DNA of 63,466 nt, counting the filler, from Aduncisulcus paluster (taxonomy: Eukaryota), in NCBI GenBank assembly GCA_024181965.1. It is 16 parts of 16 records of this genome, joined end to end, with 100 filler letters (N's around TTAATTAATTAA, not from the genome) between each part and the next. Parts side by side here need not be neighbours in the genome. Positions count along the whole stretch, not along the records: positions 43,413 to 53,756 come from BQXS01011816.1; positions 53,857 to 59,635 come from BQXS01011817.1; 14 more parts are not named here. One strand, written 5' to 3'. This document shows, one piece after another, positions 48,424-59,735 of this stretch; the stretch's first letter is position 1; each line of letters opens with the position of its first letter. Below the pieces are notes generated by a model. It saw nothing but the letters and a program-made list of their open reading frames with translations. It made no database searches and had not been told where the DNA came from. Made by a program: the position numbers and the translations under genes.

Positions 48424-50997
48424 ATGAGTTCATCCACAGATGCTGTTATTGAAACTGTGGAACCTGAGTTTGTTCATGAAGGAGATGAGAGATGCTGTCC
48501 AATTCCTAGAGATGCCCCCAATATTAAGAGTTTAGAGCTTTCAACTATCGAAGCATCCTCTTTGGGTTTAAAACAGTTCGATCAGAGTTCTAACGCACAA
48601 AAGATGATGAAAGGAGAGGACAATAGTGGACTCTTTACCATATCTCCATTCCTTTCTCTTCATCTTCCCCAATGAAAGGGGCTTATGTCTGTCTATATCG
48701 TGGTTATTCTTTGATGTCACCTCGATCGCATCTTTTTTTCACTCTCATATCTTCAAAGGGTGATAAAACATCCAAGAAATACGAGTTTCCTGAATTTCCT
48801 GGAGTTAAAAAAAGCTCTCTTCCTGGGTGTTATTGGTATTTCCTTCCTGTTGATCTCCCTGATGTTGTTCTGTGTGAGATTACAGAGAAAGGAAGAGAGA
48901 TAGATGTATTTAGAATCAACTCCCTAGTTTCCATTAGAGATGAAACTCTTGAAGAAATCAAATCTCGTGAAGCCAGAGAGAAACTATGGTCTGAAGCTCC
49001 AGTTGTGAAACCAGAGTTTGTTAAGGCAGGTGGTAGAGATTCTATTCCCATTGCACGTGATGATCCAAAGCTTGTGGATCCTTCATTCTCAATGGTTAAG
49101 TGCAAGGATGATTCGTATTGTAAGGAATCTGAGTGGTATGATAAGAGTTCAGATGCACAAAAAATGTTAAAAGGGGAAGATAAAGTATCCTTATCCCATC
49201 TTTCTATCCCTTTCCCATCACCTAGTCCTATGAAAGGTGCTTATATCTGTGTATTTTGTCGTCATAGTTCACCCTCTCTCCTCTTCACTTTCACTGATTG
49301 TGATGGCAAAAAGATGTCCAAGAAGTATGAATTCACGAAACTTAAATATTTATATGAATGGCACTTCCTTTCTATTGATTTGGATAATGTTGTATTGTGT
49401 GAGATTGAAGGAAAAGGAACGTGGGATGAAGAAGAAGAATAGTCGACATTTCGAAATCTACTCCCTTGTTTTCCTTCGAGGTGATGATATTCCCAGCTCT
49501 CCTCCTCTTCTTACTCCTGTTCCTGTTCCTTCCAGTTCCTCCGAGTCACCCACATCGACTTTGCCTTTGCCATCAAAAGCTGTGAAAGAAACTGTGAAAG
49601 AAGTAGAAAAGACAGAATCTCGGGAAAAGAAAGATATTCCTTCAAGTTCAAAACAACAAACAGAATCACTCACTCAAGAAACAAAGACATCTGAACCTAC
49701 CAAATCCAACCCAACCCAACCAACTTCTTCTACTCCTTCTCAACACTCCATTCCTGTCCCACTCCCTCAGACCTTGACTTCCTCCTGTGGCATTACTCCT
49801 CTTTGTGTCATTGGGAAAGGTGGGTTCGGTGTTGTTATCCTTGCTCGTGTCGAATACCCTGCTTCATACTGCTCGCCTCCAGTGTTGTGTGCTCTGAAGT
49901 GTATGAAGAACAAAGAGTCATGTGAAGACAATGAGAAATGTGTGAAGGACATGAAGAAAGAATTCTCTCGTCAGCATCGGTTGTATTTCAAATCATCATT
50001 ACAAAGCTGTATCCCTCGTCCTCTGCATATCCTTGATCTTCTCGATAGTGATCTGAAGGGAACATTAGGCATCATGATGGAGTTCTGTCAAGGTGGAAAT
50101 GTGATTGAGTTTGCCAAAATCTGGGCTGTTGATCTTGATGAATGTGATCCTTATGAAGATGATGAAGAGGACCTTGTGTATGATCCTGTGAAGATCGCTG
50201 CTCTGTGTGTGGCTATCATCGAGTGTGTTGCTGATATCTTTTCTGTGAAGAAACAACTTGTTCATCGCGACATAAAACCTGATAACTTCCTTGTTCGGTA
50301 TGATGATACTGCTGGCACAGCTTCTTGTGCGAAAGATAAGTGCACTGTTCTTCTTGGAGATTTGGGTCTTGTCCAGATCCGTGATACGATGTCTCGCCAA
50401 TCTTCCTTCTTTGCTTCAGGATTACCCACAGAATGGTCTGAGTCTGAGTCTAAGTCCTTTTCATACAAACCATCAATTGCAGGCACCACATGTTACAATG
50501 CTCCTGAGACTTTGGAGAATGGCTATCACAACCAACGCAGTGATGCATGGGGAGTTGTGCTGACAATATGGTCTCTCTTCAATAGAATGCAACAACCTTT
50601 CATGACTCATCCAAGGATAACAAGGATCCCACCATCGAAGGATTATGATAAACATATTTTTGAAGTTTTGGAAGACCTTACAAAGAAAGAGAGTTGTCAT
50701 CCACGTCTGACAGATAGTGAGATCTTCTGTTCCCTTGAGACGATGGAAGGTGGGAAATACAATGCCGTATATCAAGTGTTTCTTCAAGTGTTTGATGGGT
50801 TGTTGAAGATTGATCGATTTAAACGAATGACAATCCACCAAGCTCGATCTCTCACGAATGATATCAAATATTTACTGCCACCAATTGGAGAAGGGTGGGA
50901 ATGTCCATCCATCGAGGAGTACATTGCCCGTCAGCTTGAAGAGTATGATGGGTGTACAGGCACAATCCATAGCAGTTCCAGTAGCAGTGGGAAATGA
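48424..50997 (+). pseudogene. Tandem unknown-domain + Ser/Thr protein kinase gene with two frameshifts (pseudogene or assembly error)
   Basis: The N-terminal part aligns with the intact paralogue at 56271, with a 1-nt deletion near 48638 and a net +4 nt near 49425-49434. Kinase motifs GKGGFG, CALK, MEFCQGG, HRDIKPDN, DLG and GTTCYNAPE are intact. Confidence 0.8.
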
Positions 50998-51488
50998 GAA
51001 GGTGATAGAGTTGTGAGTTCTAATTTCATTTCATTTCTATGGAAAACACTGGATAATATCCAGCTGGATACAATGTATTATTTGCTGAATAAATTTATTC
51101 TGGCTGATCCTAATCCGAATTCAGTGACTAAATCTCGCTAAAACAAGACGTGCTTTCAGTTATTAGCTAAAAAGGAATAAAAGCAAGTCAAAAAGGTCTA
51201 ATTTGTACTGGTGATCGTCCAAATAATGGAATCTGAGCAGTAAATTACAATTTAACTCCTTAATATCAACATTTCACATGGAACCATCAACTAAATCACA
51301 ACATTTAGATCATTTTAGACACATCATTTCTAAAAATAGAAAATCTAAAAATAGAATTTACAAAAAATAATCGTCATATTTTGAAACATAATGCAAGTTT
51401 TCGTGCTTAAAATCGTTCAAAATGAAGACGTCACAAGAATCACGGGTAAAAATGATGATTTGAGGAAAATTGACAAAACCAAAAAATA

Positions 51489-51561
51489 TGAGGACGAAGG
51501 GACTTGAACCCCCGACCAATCGGACTGGAGCCGAACGCTCTACCAACTGAGCTACACCCTC
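51489..51561 (-). tRNA. tRNA-Trp (anticodon CCA)
   Basis: GAGGGTG TA GCTC AGTTGGTA GAGC G TTCGG CTCCAGT CCGAT TGGTC GGGGG TTCAAGT CCCTT CGTCCTC A; 73 nt, followed by a T-run terminator. Confidence 0.95.
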
Positions 51562-51972
51562 AATAAATTGGACAATTTCAAACTTACCTAAATAAGGCTA
51601 ATTTCCAAACATTCAATTTCGTTATAACACATTTATCGATGGCAATTTCCTTTATATAATATTTTTATCTGCTTTGTTTATCCATTGTGAATATAATTTG
51701 TACCAATGAAATTTGAATAGGTATTTTAAATTCCTCAGAAATTCATTTTTCGAATTTCGATTTTTTTTTTCGGTATCAGTTCCAACAATTTTTCATTTTC
51801 AATATTTTTTTATTTATTTATTGTTCGTTTGTTCATGGATCTATTGAAAGAACAACATATCTCCTAGAAGAACGTTTCCTTATCGTATCAACATGAACAA
51901 AGCAGATAATAATAATAATAATAATAATGATACTATTCTATACAAAATGGAGTGATCTATAACCACACTTCT

Positions 51973-53756
51973 TCAGTCATCCAATGCACAGACAAGAACA
52001 GCACCTCTCTTGATCCACACAGCCTGTGTCTTGTTCGATGGGAGCTCAACGGGCAAGATATAGTTACTTGAGTGTCCTGTCGTACTGAGCACACCTGCTC
52101 TCTCCAATGTCTTATACATGGGACACACATACTTTGACGACGATGTGTCTGGAGGAGGCTTGTGATGCTGCTCAGGCTTGAAACGGATCCGAGGCATCAC
52201 AGAGTACAGCTCCTTCGGAAGTTGATCCGTGATTTGATGATGCTCATAATCCCACCTTGCACCATCAAGGAACAACCCACGGACATAACAACCTTCGCCT
52301 GGGGGAAGAACAGGGAGTTCATCATCATCGTGGGCTTCGTCGTGTACAATAAAGTCAAAGGAAACAGTGTCAATGGGATGTTTGTACTTCCGAGCATGGT
52401 TCTGTAAAGTACCAGTAATGAAAGCTTGAGGGAATGAGAATCCTGATATCCAGAAGCAACGTGGAATACCACGATCAATCCAGGTTTGGATGAATGAAAT
52501 TCTTTCAAGAAGATCTTCAACCCATGAAGCCAGAGGTTTCAAGGAAGGGTAAGCCTTTTCTTCCCACATCACTGGCACAAGATTAGCCTGGAGGGAATAA
52601 TAGACTTCTTCGTACTCACTTGACATGACCACAATACCAGCAATGGCTTTCTTGAGCATTTTGAGAGAGTCACGTACAACACGAAGAAGAACATTGTACC
52701 GTCCGACTTCCTGGATAAGAACTGTATTGATACTTTCACTTCGTTTCTGAGGGTATTTCCGCACAATCTGAACCTCATCGAAATCATCAGGCAATTTCTT
52801 CAATATACTCGTGGCAAGATCAGAAATGGGATCCTCTCCGACCTTATCTCCTTCCTCTTCTTCGTCGGTCGTACCTTTCCTTCTCACAACGGGTTGGACA
52901 GCCAAAAGACTCTGCAACAAAGCACGGGTATCATGACGAGCAACCATAATACTGGCATTACTATGAAGCCCGAAGACTTCAGGAGATTCGGAGGCAGGCA
53001 AGTCTTGGGCATATTTCATTAATCTGGTCTTCACAGGGATATCACTTGTAGTCATAAACATCGGATCTCTTTCCTCTTCCTCAGCTTTCTTCTTCTCGTC
53101 TTCAAGGAGATAGAAGGCAATCTTCTCAAGCTCCATATCCGTTGGGGGCTTATATGACTTGATAGAGCAGAACGAATGGTCGTCTTCATGAACTCGGGGA
53201 GTGTAGAAATCGTCAAGAATGGCAAGCATTGTACGTCTATCCCAATCATCAGTCACACGTCCTCCATAGTTCACATGCCCAGTAATGTATCGCAGAGCTT
53301 CAAATGGAATGGTTGTGCTTGCACACAGCACACGCAGCTGTTCAAGAGAGATTCTGAGATCAGAATCGTTGAAAGGATACTTCACATTCCAACCAAGAGG
53401 TCCAAATCTCTTACGCTCAAGAATGATACCGTGGAAGAAACACAGAGAGAACAATAAACGGGTATAAGCCTCACTTTGAGGGATTTCACCAGAAGAAATT
53501 GCATCGAACATAATGTCATCAACTGAGGAAATGGCACGGAGAGTGTTTGCACGGAGACCACGAGGAGGCTCATTGGTGATCTTAACAGCTGTCTGAAGGA
53601 TGGACACAGGGAATTTCTTGGAAGGCATCGAAGTGATCCATAGCCTGAAGTCTTTATGAACACGAGTATTTGTTGGAAGTTTCAAACAAATCTTTTCGAG
53701 TTCAGGCAACCAACTTTCTCCCAAATGGACATTCATCAGTAAAACCCACTTACCGC
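51973..53756 (-). CDS. Axonemal dynein heavy chain (inner-arm, DNAH1-like), AAA6 and C-terminal domain, 5' partial
   Basis: GKWVLLMNVHLGESWL, FRLWITS, TNEPPRGLRAN, NYGGRVTDDWDRR and CPMYKTLERAGVLSTTGHSSN...WIKRGAVLVCALDD*. Confidence 0.97.
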
Positions 53757-53856
53757 NNNNNNNNNNNNNNNNNNNNNNNNNNNNNNNNNNNNNNNNNNNN
53801 TTAATTAATTAANNNNNNNNNNNNNNNNNNNNNNNNNNNNNNNNNNNNNNNNNNNN

Positions 53857-54773
53857 TCACGCTGGGACAAACAATTGAAGTCGCCAATGACCACACCGGG
53901 TAAAATATCAACGCAATCGCCAGTAATTGAATCTGACACTTTCTCAGCAAGATCACTGACGCCTTCTGCGAATAATTGAGCTTTTAAATCCTCAACTTTA
54001 TCGGTAAGCTTCGAGGCTTCAATCCAAGAGGGCTTTCCTTGCAACTTACTCAATTCAGCGTCCATATGGAGTATTTGCTCCATCCTGCTGTCTTCAGAGA
54101 TATGATCCAAATGTGTACATGACACCCATAAGCGTTGGGAGGTTTCAGGAATCACCACGAGAACAGAGAGAAGCAGACGAACAGTATATTGCTGCGATTC
54201 CGACAATGTCTTCTTTATATAGAGGTGAGCAGCATTAGTCTTCTCAAATGGAACTCTAGAAAGAATAGCATTCCCAAAAACAGCATTTTTAGTGCCAAAA
54301 TAATATACATAAGGAGTTTTTAACTTAATTGCTAATAATCCAAGGGCATAATTTGGACTAACATAATTTGTCCCGATAGGACCAACTGTGGTTGCAACAT
54401 ATTCAGCACCATCATGAAAAGAAGAGGGCAACAAGGGTTTGATTGGGGACAAACCATCTTTTTTGCGAATCTCAACTTCTGTGTCAAAAGGGAGACCAAG
54501 AGAAGCACAAATCCGTTCTTTCATTCCATCTTCTGTAGTATCCTTATTATAATGAACCATTTGGTTTCGTGTACCATGATTTAATGAGAAAGAAAAATCT
54601 GACGTTGTGAAGAATGATAATTTATCAACATCAACACGTTGATCAAATAATACTTCTTGTAAACAATAAATATCACAATGAAATTTGCATATTTCTTCAA
54701 CAACTCGTTCATATTCGAGTCCCATCCCAGAATTAGACCAAAAGTGTATATTGAATGAAGATATGTCCAGCAT
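53857..54773 (-). CDS. Endonuclease/exonuclease/phosphatase (EEP) family protein, 3' partial
   Basis: SFNIH, DIYCLQEV, FGNAILSR, CTHLDH, RMEQI and IGDFN. Confidence 0.92.
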
Positions 54774-55002
54774 TTCAGTTATAATTAAAAATCAAAACCT
54801 GGAATGTGGAACACAGGACTATTGCAAAAAAAGATGAGTGATTGATCTAGCAGTTTTTTGTCCTCAGAAGAGGCTCTTCAATGAGATTCATAAATAATCT
54901 ATTGTTCATAATCATACCTCTAAATGATTCTTTTTGCTGACAAATTATTATTTTTAAAGCCTATTCAAAGCGAACTGAACAAAACTTGTTTTTTGTTCCA
55001 AT

Positions 55003-55887
55003 ATGGAGGGATTCAAATCTAAATTCAAACCAAATATAAAAAAAGCAAAGAAAAAAAGAGTTAGTAATCTCGCTTTACAGCGAAAAGCCAGTTTAAAGGA
55101 AGAAAAAGAACGCCTTGAATTCCAGGCAAGTAAGGAGCGTAGAGGTGATAGGCGGCCAAAAATTATGACTCGTAGTGAAATTTTATCACAAATAGATAAG
55201 GTTGGTGATGTTGGTGGGGATGATGATCATAATTCATCAGTACAAGATCGTGTTGACGGAGAAGCTGCTCTCCTTGAAGCTGAGCAAGGGGATGGAGAAA
55301 TAGAAGGAACTGGAGTTTTTGTATCCTCTTCTTCACAAGTTCTCCCAACTTCTCTTCCATTCAAAATGCCTTCTTCAAAAATTCTATCAGAATCCGCTCT
55401 CCTCGGAGAAAGTATTGGAGAAATGGAGTTATATGATGAAAAAGATAAAGAATCGCGAAAGGGAAAGAAAGAAGTTCCATATCTTGAAAATTTGAGGAAG
55501 ACAGAACTTGCTAGCCAATCTCCAAAATTTGTTAAAGGTCTCCACAAAGATAAATTTGTTCTTGTTCAACTTCCACCATTGTTACCGTTCCAGAAAAGTC
55601 GTGAACCTTCTCTATTAACCAGAAAAGCTGCTCATAGTGGACAATTAGCTCGAGGTCCCGAATGTAAACTCGGGAAGATGAGAATTCATAGGGATGGGCA
55701 TGTTTCTTTTGACTTTGGAGGTGTTCCATTCCTTGCTTTTGATGGATCATCGAGTGGATGTGCTGAAGAATTCGTTGTTTGTGATGGAGAGAAAAAACAG
55801 AGCGTTTCTTTCGGAGTTCCGAAACAAAAAGTATTAATGATTCCAGATCTTGCAAAAATAGCGGAAGGAAAGGAGATATATCAATAA
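55003..55887 (+). CDS. POLR3D: RNA polymerase III subunit RPC4 (C53)
   Basis: N-terminal KFKPNI; C-terminal LVQLPPLLP...LGKMRIHRDGHVSFDFGGVPF...MIPD, typical of the RPC4 domain. Confidence 0.8.
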   Translation: MEGFKSKFKPNIKKAKKKRVSNLALQRKASLKEEKERLEFQASKERRGDRRPKIMTRSEILSQIDKVGDVGGDDDHNSSVQDRVDGEAALLEAEQGDGEIEGTGVFVSSSSQVLPTSLPFKMPSSKILSESALLGESIGEMELYDEKDKESRKGKKEVPYLENLRKTELASQSPKFVKGLHKDKFVLVQLPPLLPFQKSREPSLLTRKAAHSGQLARGPECKLGKMRIHRDGHVSFDFGGVPFLAFDGSSSGCAEEFVVCDGEKKQSVSFGVPKQKVLMIPDLAKIAEGKEIYQ

Positions 55888-56051
55888 ATTTAAATATTCA
55901 ATGGTCGTAAATCTTCTTAAGAACCGGTTTTTGGTCGTTATGGTGCCTGGCACCAGGTCCTACCGCCCTAGGTTTAGAAAGTTTGCAGGTTTATTTATAG
56001 AAAGTTATCCATTTTTCTTGAAGGCTTTAGTTATTGTGTTAATAACAAATT

Positions 56052-56248
56052 GTATGTTTACTATATGCCCACATCTTTTATTAAATGTATATTGAGACAT
56101 ATTTTAATCGGTGTGTTCTAATTTTATTGACTATATTATGCTGTAGTTTTGTCTTTGTTTCTCGGACTGTTCTCCTTGAAATTCGCAATTATCCGGATTC
56201 TATTTGTTCACAAATACTATTATTATTCTGCTTGTTTTTATTTTTTAG
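56052..56248 (+). other. Putative 5'-UTR intron of the stand-alone repeat-domain gene
   Basis: Same donor and acceptor context as 48302-48396; the internal length differs (197 vs 95 nt). Confidence 0.55.
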
Positions 56249-56270
56249 ATAATATTCTATCTCTATTCAA

Positions 56271-57395
56271 ATGAGTTCATCCACAGATGCTGTTATTCAA
56301 ACTGTGGAACCTGAGTTTGTTCATGAAGAAGATTGCAATGAAGTTTGCTGTCCAATTCCTAGAGATTCACCCGATATTAAGAGTACAGAGTTTCCAACTA
56401 TCAAAGCAATAGATGGAACTAAGGAAGATGATGATGAAAAATACGATCAAAGTTCTAACGCACAAAAGATGATGAAAGAAGAGTATCATGTTGGACATTT
56501 TACCCATATTTCCATTCCTTTCTTTTCATCTTCCCCAATGAAAGGGGCTTATATTTGTCTCAATGCTGGAATGTATTCTTCAACTCCATCGCATCTTATC
56601 TTCACTCTCACATCTTCAAAGGGTGAGAAAACATCCGCGAAATACGAATTTCCTGGATTCTATCCTTATTGTTGGTATTTCCTTCCTGTTGATCTCCCTG
56701 ATGTTGTTCTGTGTGAGATTACAGGGAAAGGAAGAAAGGAAGAGTGTTTTAGAATCGAATCCCTTATTTTCATTAGTAGAGAAGAAACCCATGAAGAAAT
56801 CAAATCTCGTGAAGCCAGAGAGAAACTATGGTCTGAAGCTCCAGTTGTGAAACCAGAGTTTGTTAAGGAAGGAGATGAAGAATCTGAAGGTAGAGCTTCT
56901 ATACCCATTCCACGAGATGATCCAAAGCTTGTAGATCCTTCATTCTCAATGGTTAAGTGCAAGAATGATGTGTATGGTAAGGAATCTGAGGAGTATGATG
57001 AGAGTTCAAGAGCACAAAAAATGTTAAAAGGGGAATGTACCCTGCCCTTATCCCATCTTTTTATCCCTTTCTCATCACCTAATCCCATGAAAGGTGCTTA
57101 TATCTGTGTGAGGAAGGATCATAGTTCACCCTCTCTTCTCTTCACTTTCACTGATTGTAATGGTAAGAAGACATCCAAGAAGTATGAATTCACAGAACCC
57201 AAATATAAATATGAATGGCACTTCCTTCCTATTGACTTGGATAATGTTGTATTGTGTGAGATTGAAGGGAAAGGAATGTGGTGTAATAAGAATAGTCGAT
57301 ATTTCTGGATCAACTCCCTAGTTTTTACTATTTCACCGGATCTGCCAGAGGAAACCATTGAAGCTGAACGATTATCTCTACTTCCATGGAAATAA
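56271..57395 (+). CDS. Intact 374-aa protein made of two tandem copies of an unrecognised ~165-aa domain
   Basis: Each unit reads V.PEFV.E...PIPRD.P...YD.SS.AQKM.K...H..IPF.S..PMKGAYIC...L.FT.T...G.KTS.KYEF...W.FLP.DL..VVLCEI.GKG...F.I.SL.F. Confidence 0.88.
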   Translation: MSSSTDAVIQTVEPEFVHEEDCNEVCCPIPRDSPDIKSTEFPTIKAIDGTKEDDDEKYDQSSNAQKMMKEEYHVGHFTHISIPFFSSSPMKGAYICLNAGMYSSTPSHLIFTLTSSKGEKTSAKYEFPGFYPYCWYFLPVDLPDVVLCEITGKGRKEECFRIESLIFISREETHEEIKSREAREKLWSEAPVVKPEFVKEGDEESEGRASIPIPRDDPKLVDPSFSMVKCKNDVYGKESEEYDESSRAQKMLKGECTLPLSHLFIPFSSPNPMKGAYICVRKDHSSPSLLFTFTDCNGKKTSKKYEFTEPKYKYEWHFLPIDLDNVVLCEIEGKGMWCNKNSRYFWINSLVFTISPDLPEETIEAERLSLLPWK

Positions 57396-58865
57396 TTCAA
57401 GGATAATGATATTGTCTGTAAATGCTATTCTTTCATGAAGGAGATCCTGCATTTCGATGCCATTTCTCAGATTGCGTAGAGTGGGGGACTTTGTTCAATT
57501 TTCTATATCTCTTAAAATAACTCACTGCTATTGCTCCAAAGGTGATGGATATGCTTGCCCAATGTGATGCTGAACATGTAACAACTCATCATCGAAATTC
57601 AAATTTTCCAATATTTGCATGTTCCCGTCAGGCATTGAAAAAACTAACCCACATTTATAACATTGTTACTCAATATATACCTGCTTTATGGAATATGCAT
57701 ACAGTTTGAAATGGTTTGTTCTATTTTTAGAATTTCTATTTTTAGAATTCAGATTTTTGAATTGGATTGTTTTGCCTGAAAAAAACATTAATAGGTAGAA
57801 TTACAAAGTTTTTTTTGGGTTACTTGTCTGTATTTTCTCTTTGATCCATGTTCAACATGTTGAGTCGGTTAAATTCAAGTTTTTCGTGATTTTTTCTCAT
57901 CAGATAATTAGAACATTAGAATACCATCAAGGTATTTTTTCTCTTTTGATGTCAGGATTTGCTTCTCACATCTATATTCTCTTCATGGAGTTTTCTCTTC
58001 AAACAGTAACTTTGCCTCTGTATTACCCTTTCAAAAGAATTCATGTTGCCTCAAATGTTCTCCTCTTCCTCTAATTTGATTCCAATAGAGCGATCTTCCT
58101 TCTATATTGAAGACCATGAATAAAATCGGTTAGAATCCAACTTGGATCGTATCATCTATCTGAAGAAGCAATGAATTGTTCAAGAATGAGATTATCATCT
58201 CAAGGTTTTCAAAAAGGTGTATTGTTTTCAACAACAAGATCAGTTTTCATAATATCATGAATCATGATGTCATCATGCATGTTAGCTGAGCTAATAGCTC
58301 TATTTTACTCGCCTTTTGTCCTTTCAGATAAATTATCTGAGATAATCACTAAATTGAAGAGATCACCAATATCTTGCGTTTATTTAATTTGGTGGGACTC
58401 AACTTCAATCAAAACGAAGAAATTGTTTTAATTTCCCGCAAAAACGTCACATTCAAATTCAGTAATAAGTATTTTCATGCTCCACTAGTGGAAATTGGAG
58501 CTGAACATCTATATTTAGAAATTCTATTTTTAGAACACACATTTTTAAATCTGTTTAAAATTGGGTAAATCTCGGAAAATATTGATAAATAGCAGTGTTA
58601 TTGTTTGTCTTTGACTTCCAATTCTCAAAGACACAACTCAGAAGCCACATATTCTCAAACTAAGTTAAATTAGAGGTCGGAATTACCTTCTCGATTCGAG
58701 AAAATATAATTTATTCATTAAGCTATTTCTGTGAATAGTGGAAGTTTCTATTCAAACGATTCCAATAAACAAAAATTTTTTACCAAGTTTAAATATCCTC
58801 CTCAAATCGTAAACAAGAAGATCCAGTTATAAGAATATATATCAGAGCTGAGATTATTCATTGAT

Positions 58866-59635
58866 CTACAATAACTGTTCCTTACACTGTCCAGTTGCCG
58901 CCAAACGTCTCAGATACATTGGAGGGACATATTGCTTTTTCCTTGCAAGACTCTCGTATCCACTGTGGGGGGATTGCCGGCGCTGTGAAGTGTGGTGAGT
59001 CGAGGAATAGTACCCAGAATACATATCAAGAGGATGCAACGGAGGGGCTTCAGGCTGTGTCATTGATCCGACGAAGACCTCAGCAGGAAGAGGGGAGTGA
59101 GTGTCAGAGTGGAAAAGATGGAAACTCCGTTTAGAGTAAAAGCCAGGCGGAGGAGTCGATGACGAATATGACTGCTTCGAGGCCAAATACCTTGATTTCA
59201 CGGGTGTAAGCGATCTTCGAGGGGCAGAACTCGTCGATGGAGGGACGGGACTTCCAGATGATCTCTCCCTGCCTCTCGCAATTGTGGATGCACTCCTACT
59301 CCTTACTTTGCTTTTTGCAGATAGGGAATGTGATGAGTTCGACCGTTTCATAAAGCCCCGACGCTTATCACGTTCAATGGAAGGAGGTCGAGATTTTTTG
59401 GATTCCTTTTTATCTTTTGTTTTCTTATCCTTTTTCTTTGATGATCGTTTCTTCCCTTTCTTTTTGCTATCCTTCTTCTTCTTCTCCTTTTTAGCCTCCT
59501 GCGCGATCAATTCTCTCATTCTGACCTTCATACCGACGCCAGCTCCCTCCATATGAGAGAAAGATTGCATCACACTCAACAAAGCCCCACTGGTGTCAGC
59601 ACAACACAGCTCCTCCTCACTACTGGAGTTATCAC
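58866..59635 (-). CDS. Basic, Ser/Lys/Arg-rich hypothetical protein, 3' fragment
   Basis: 238-aa ORF near the contig edge with a Lys-rich tract. Confidence 0.65.
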
Positions 59636-59735
59636 NNNNNNNNNNNNNNNNNNNNNNNNNNNNNNNNNNNNNNNNNNNNTTAATTAATTAANNNNNNNNN
59701 NNNNNNNNNNNNNNNNNNNNNNNNNNNNNNNNNNN

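Noticed and set aside
53857..54773. EEP domain as a LINE retrotransposon endonuclease
   Set aside because: The motifs (GNAILSR, THLDH) fit stand-alone EEP hydrolases, it is head-to-head with RPC4, and no reverse transcriptase is seen.
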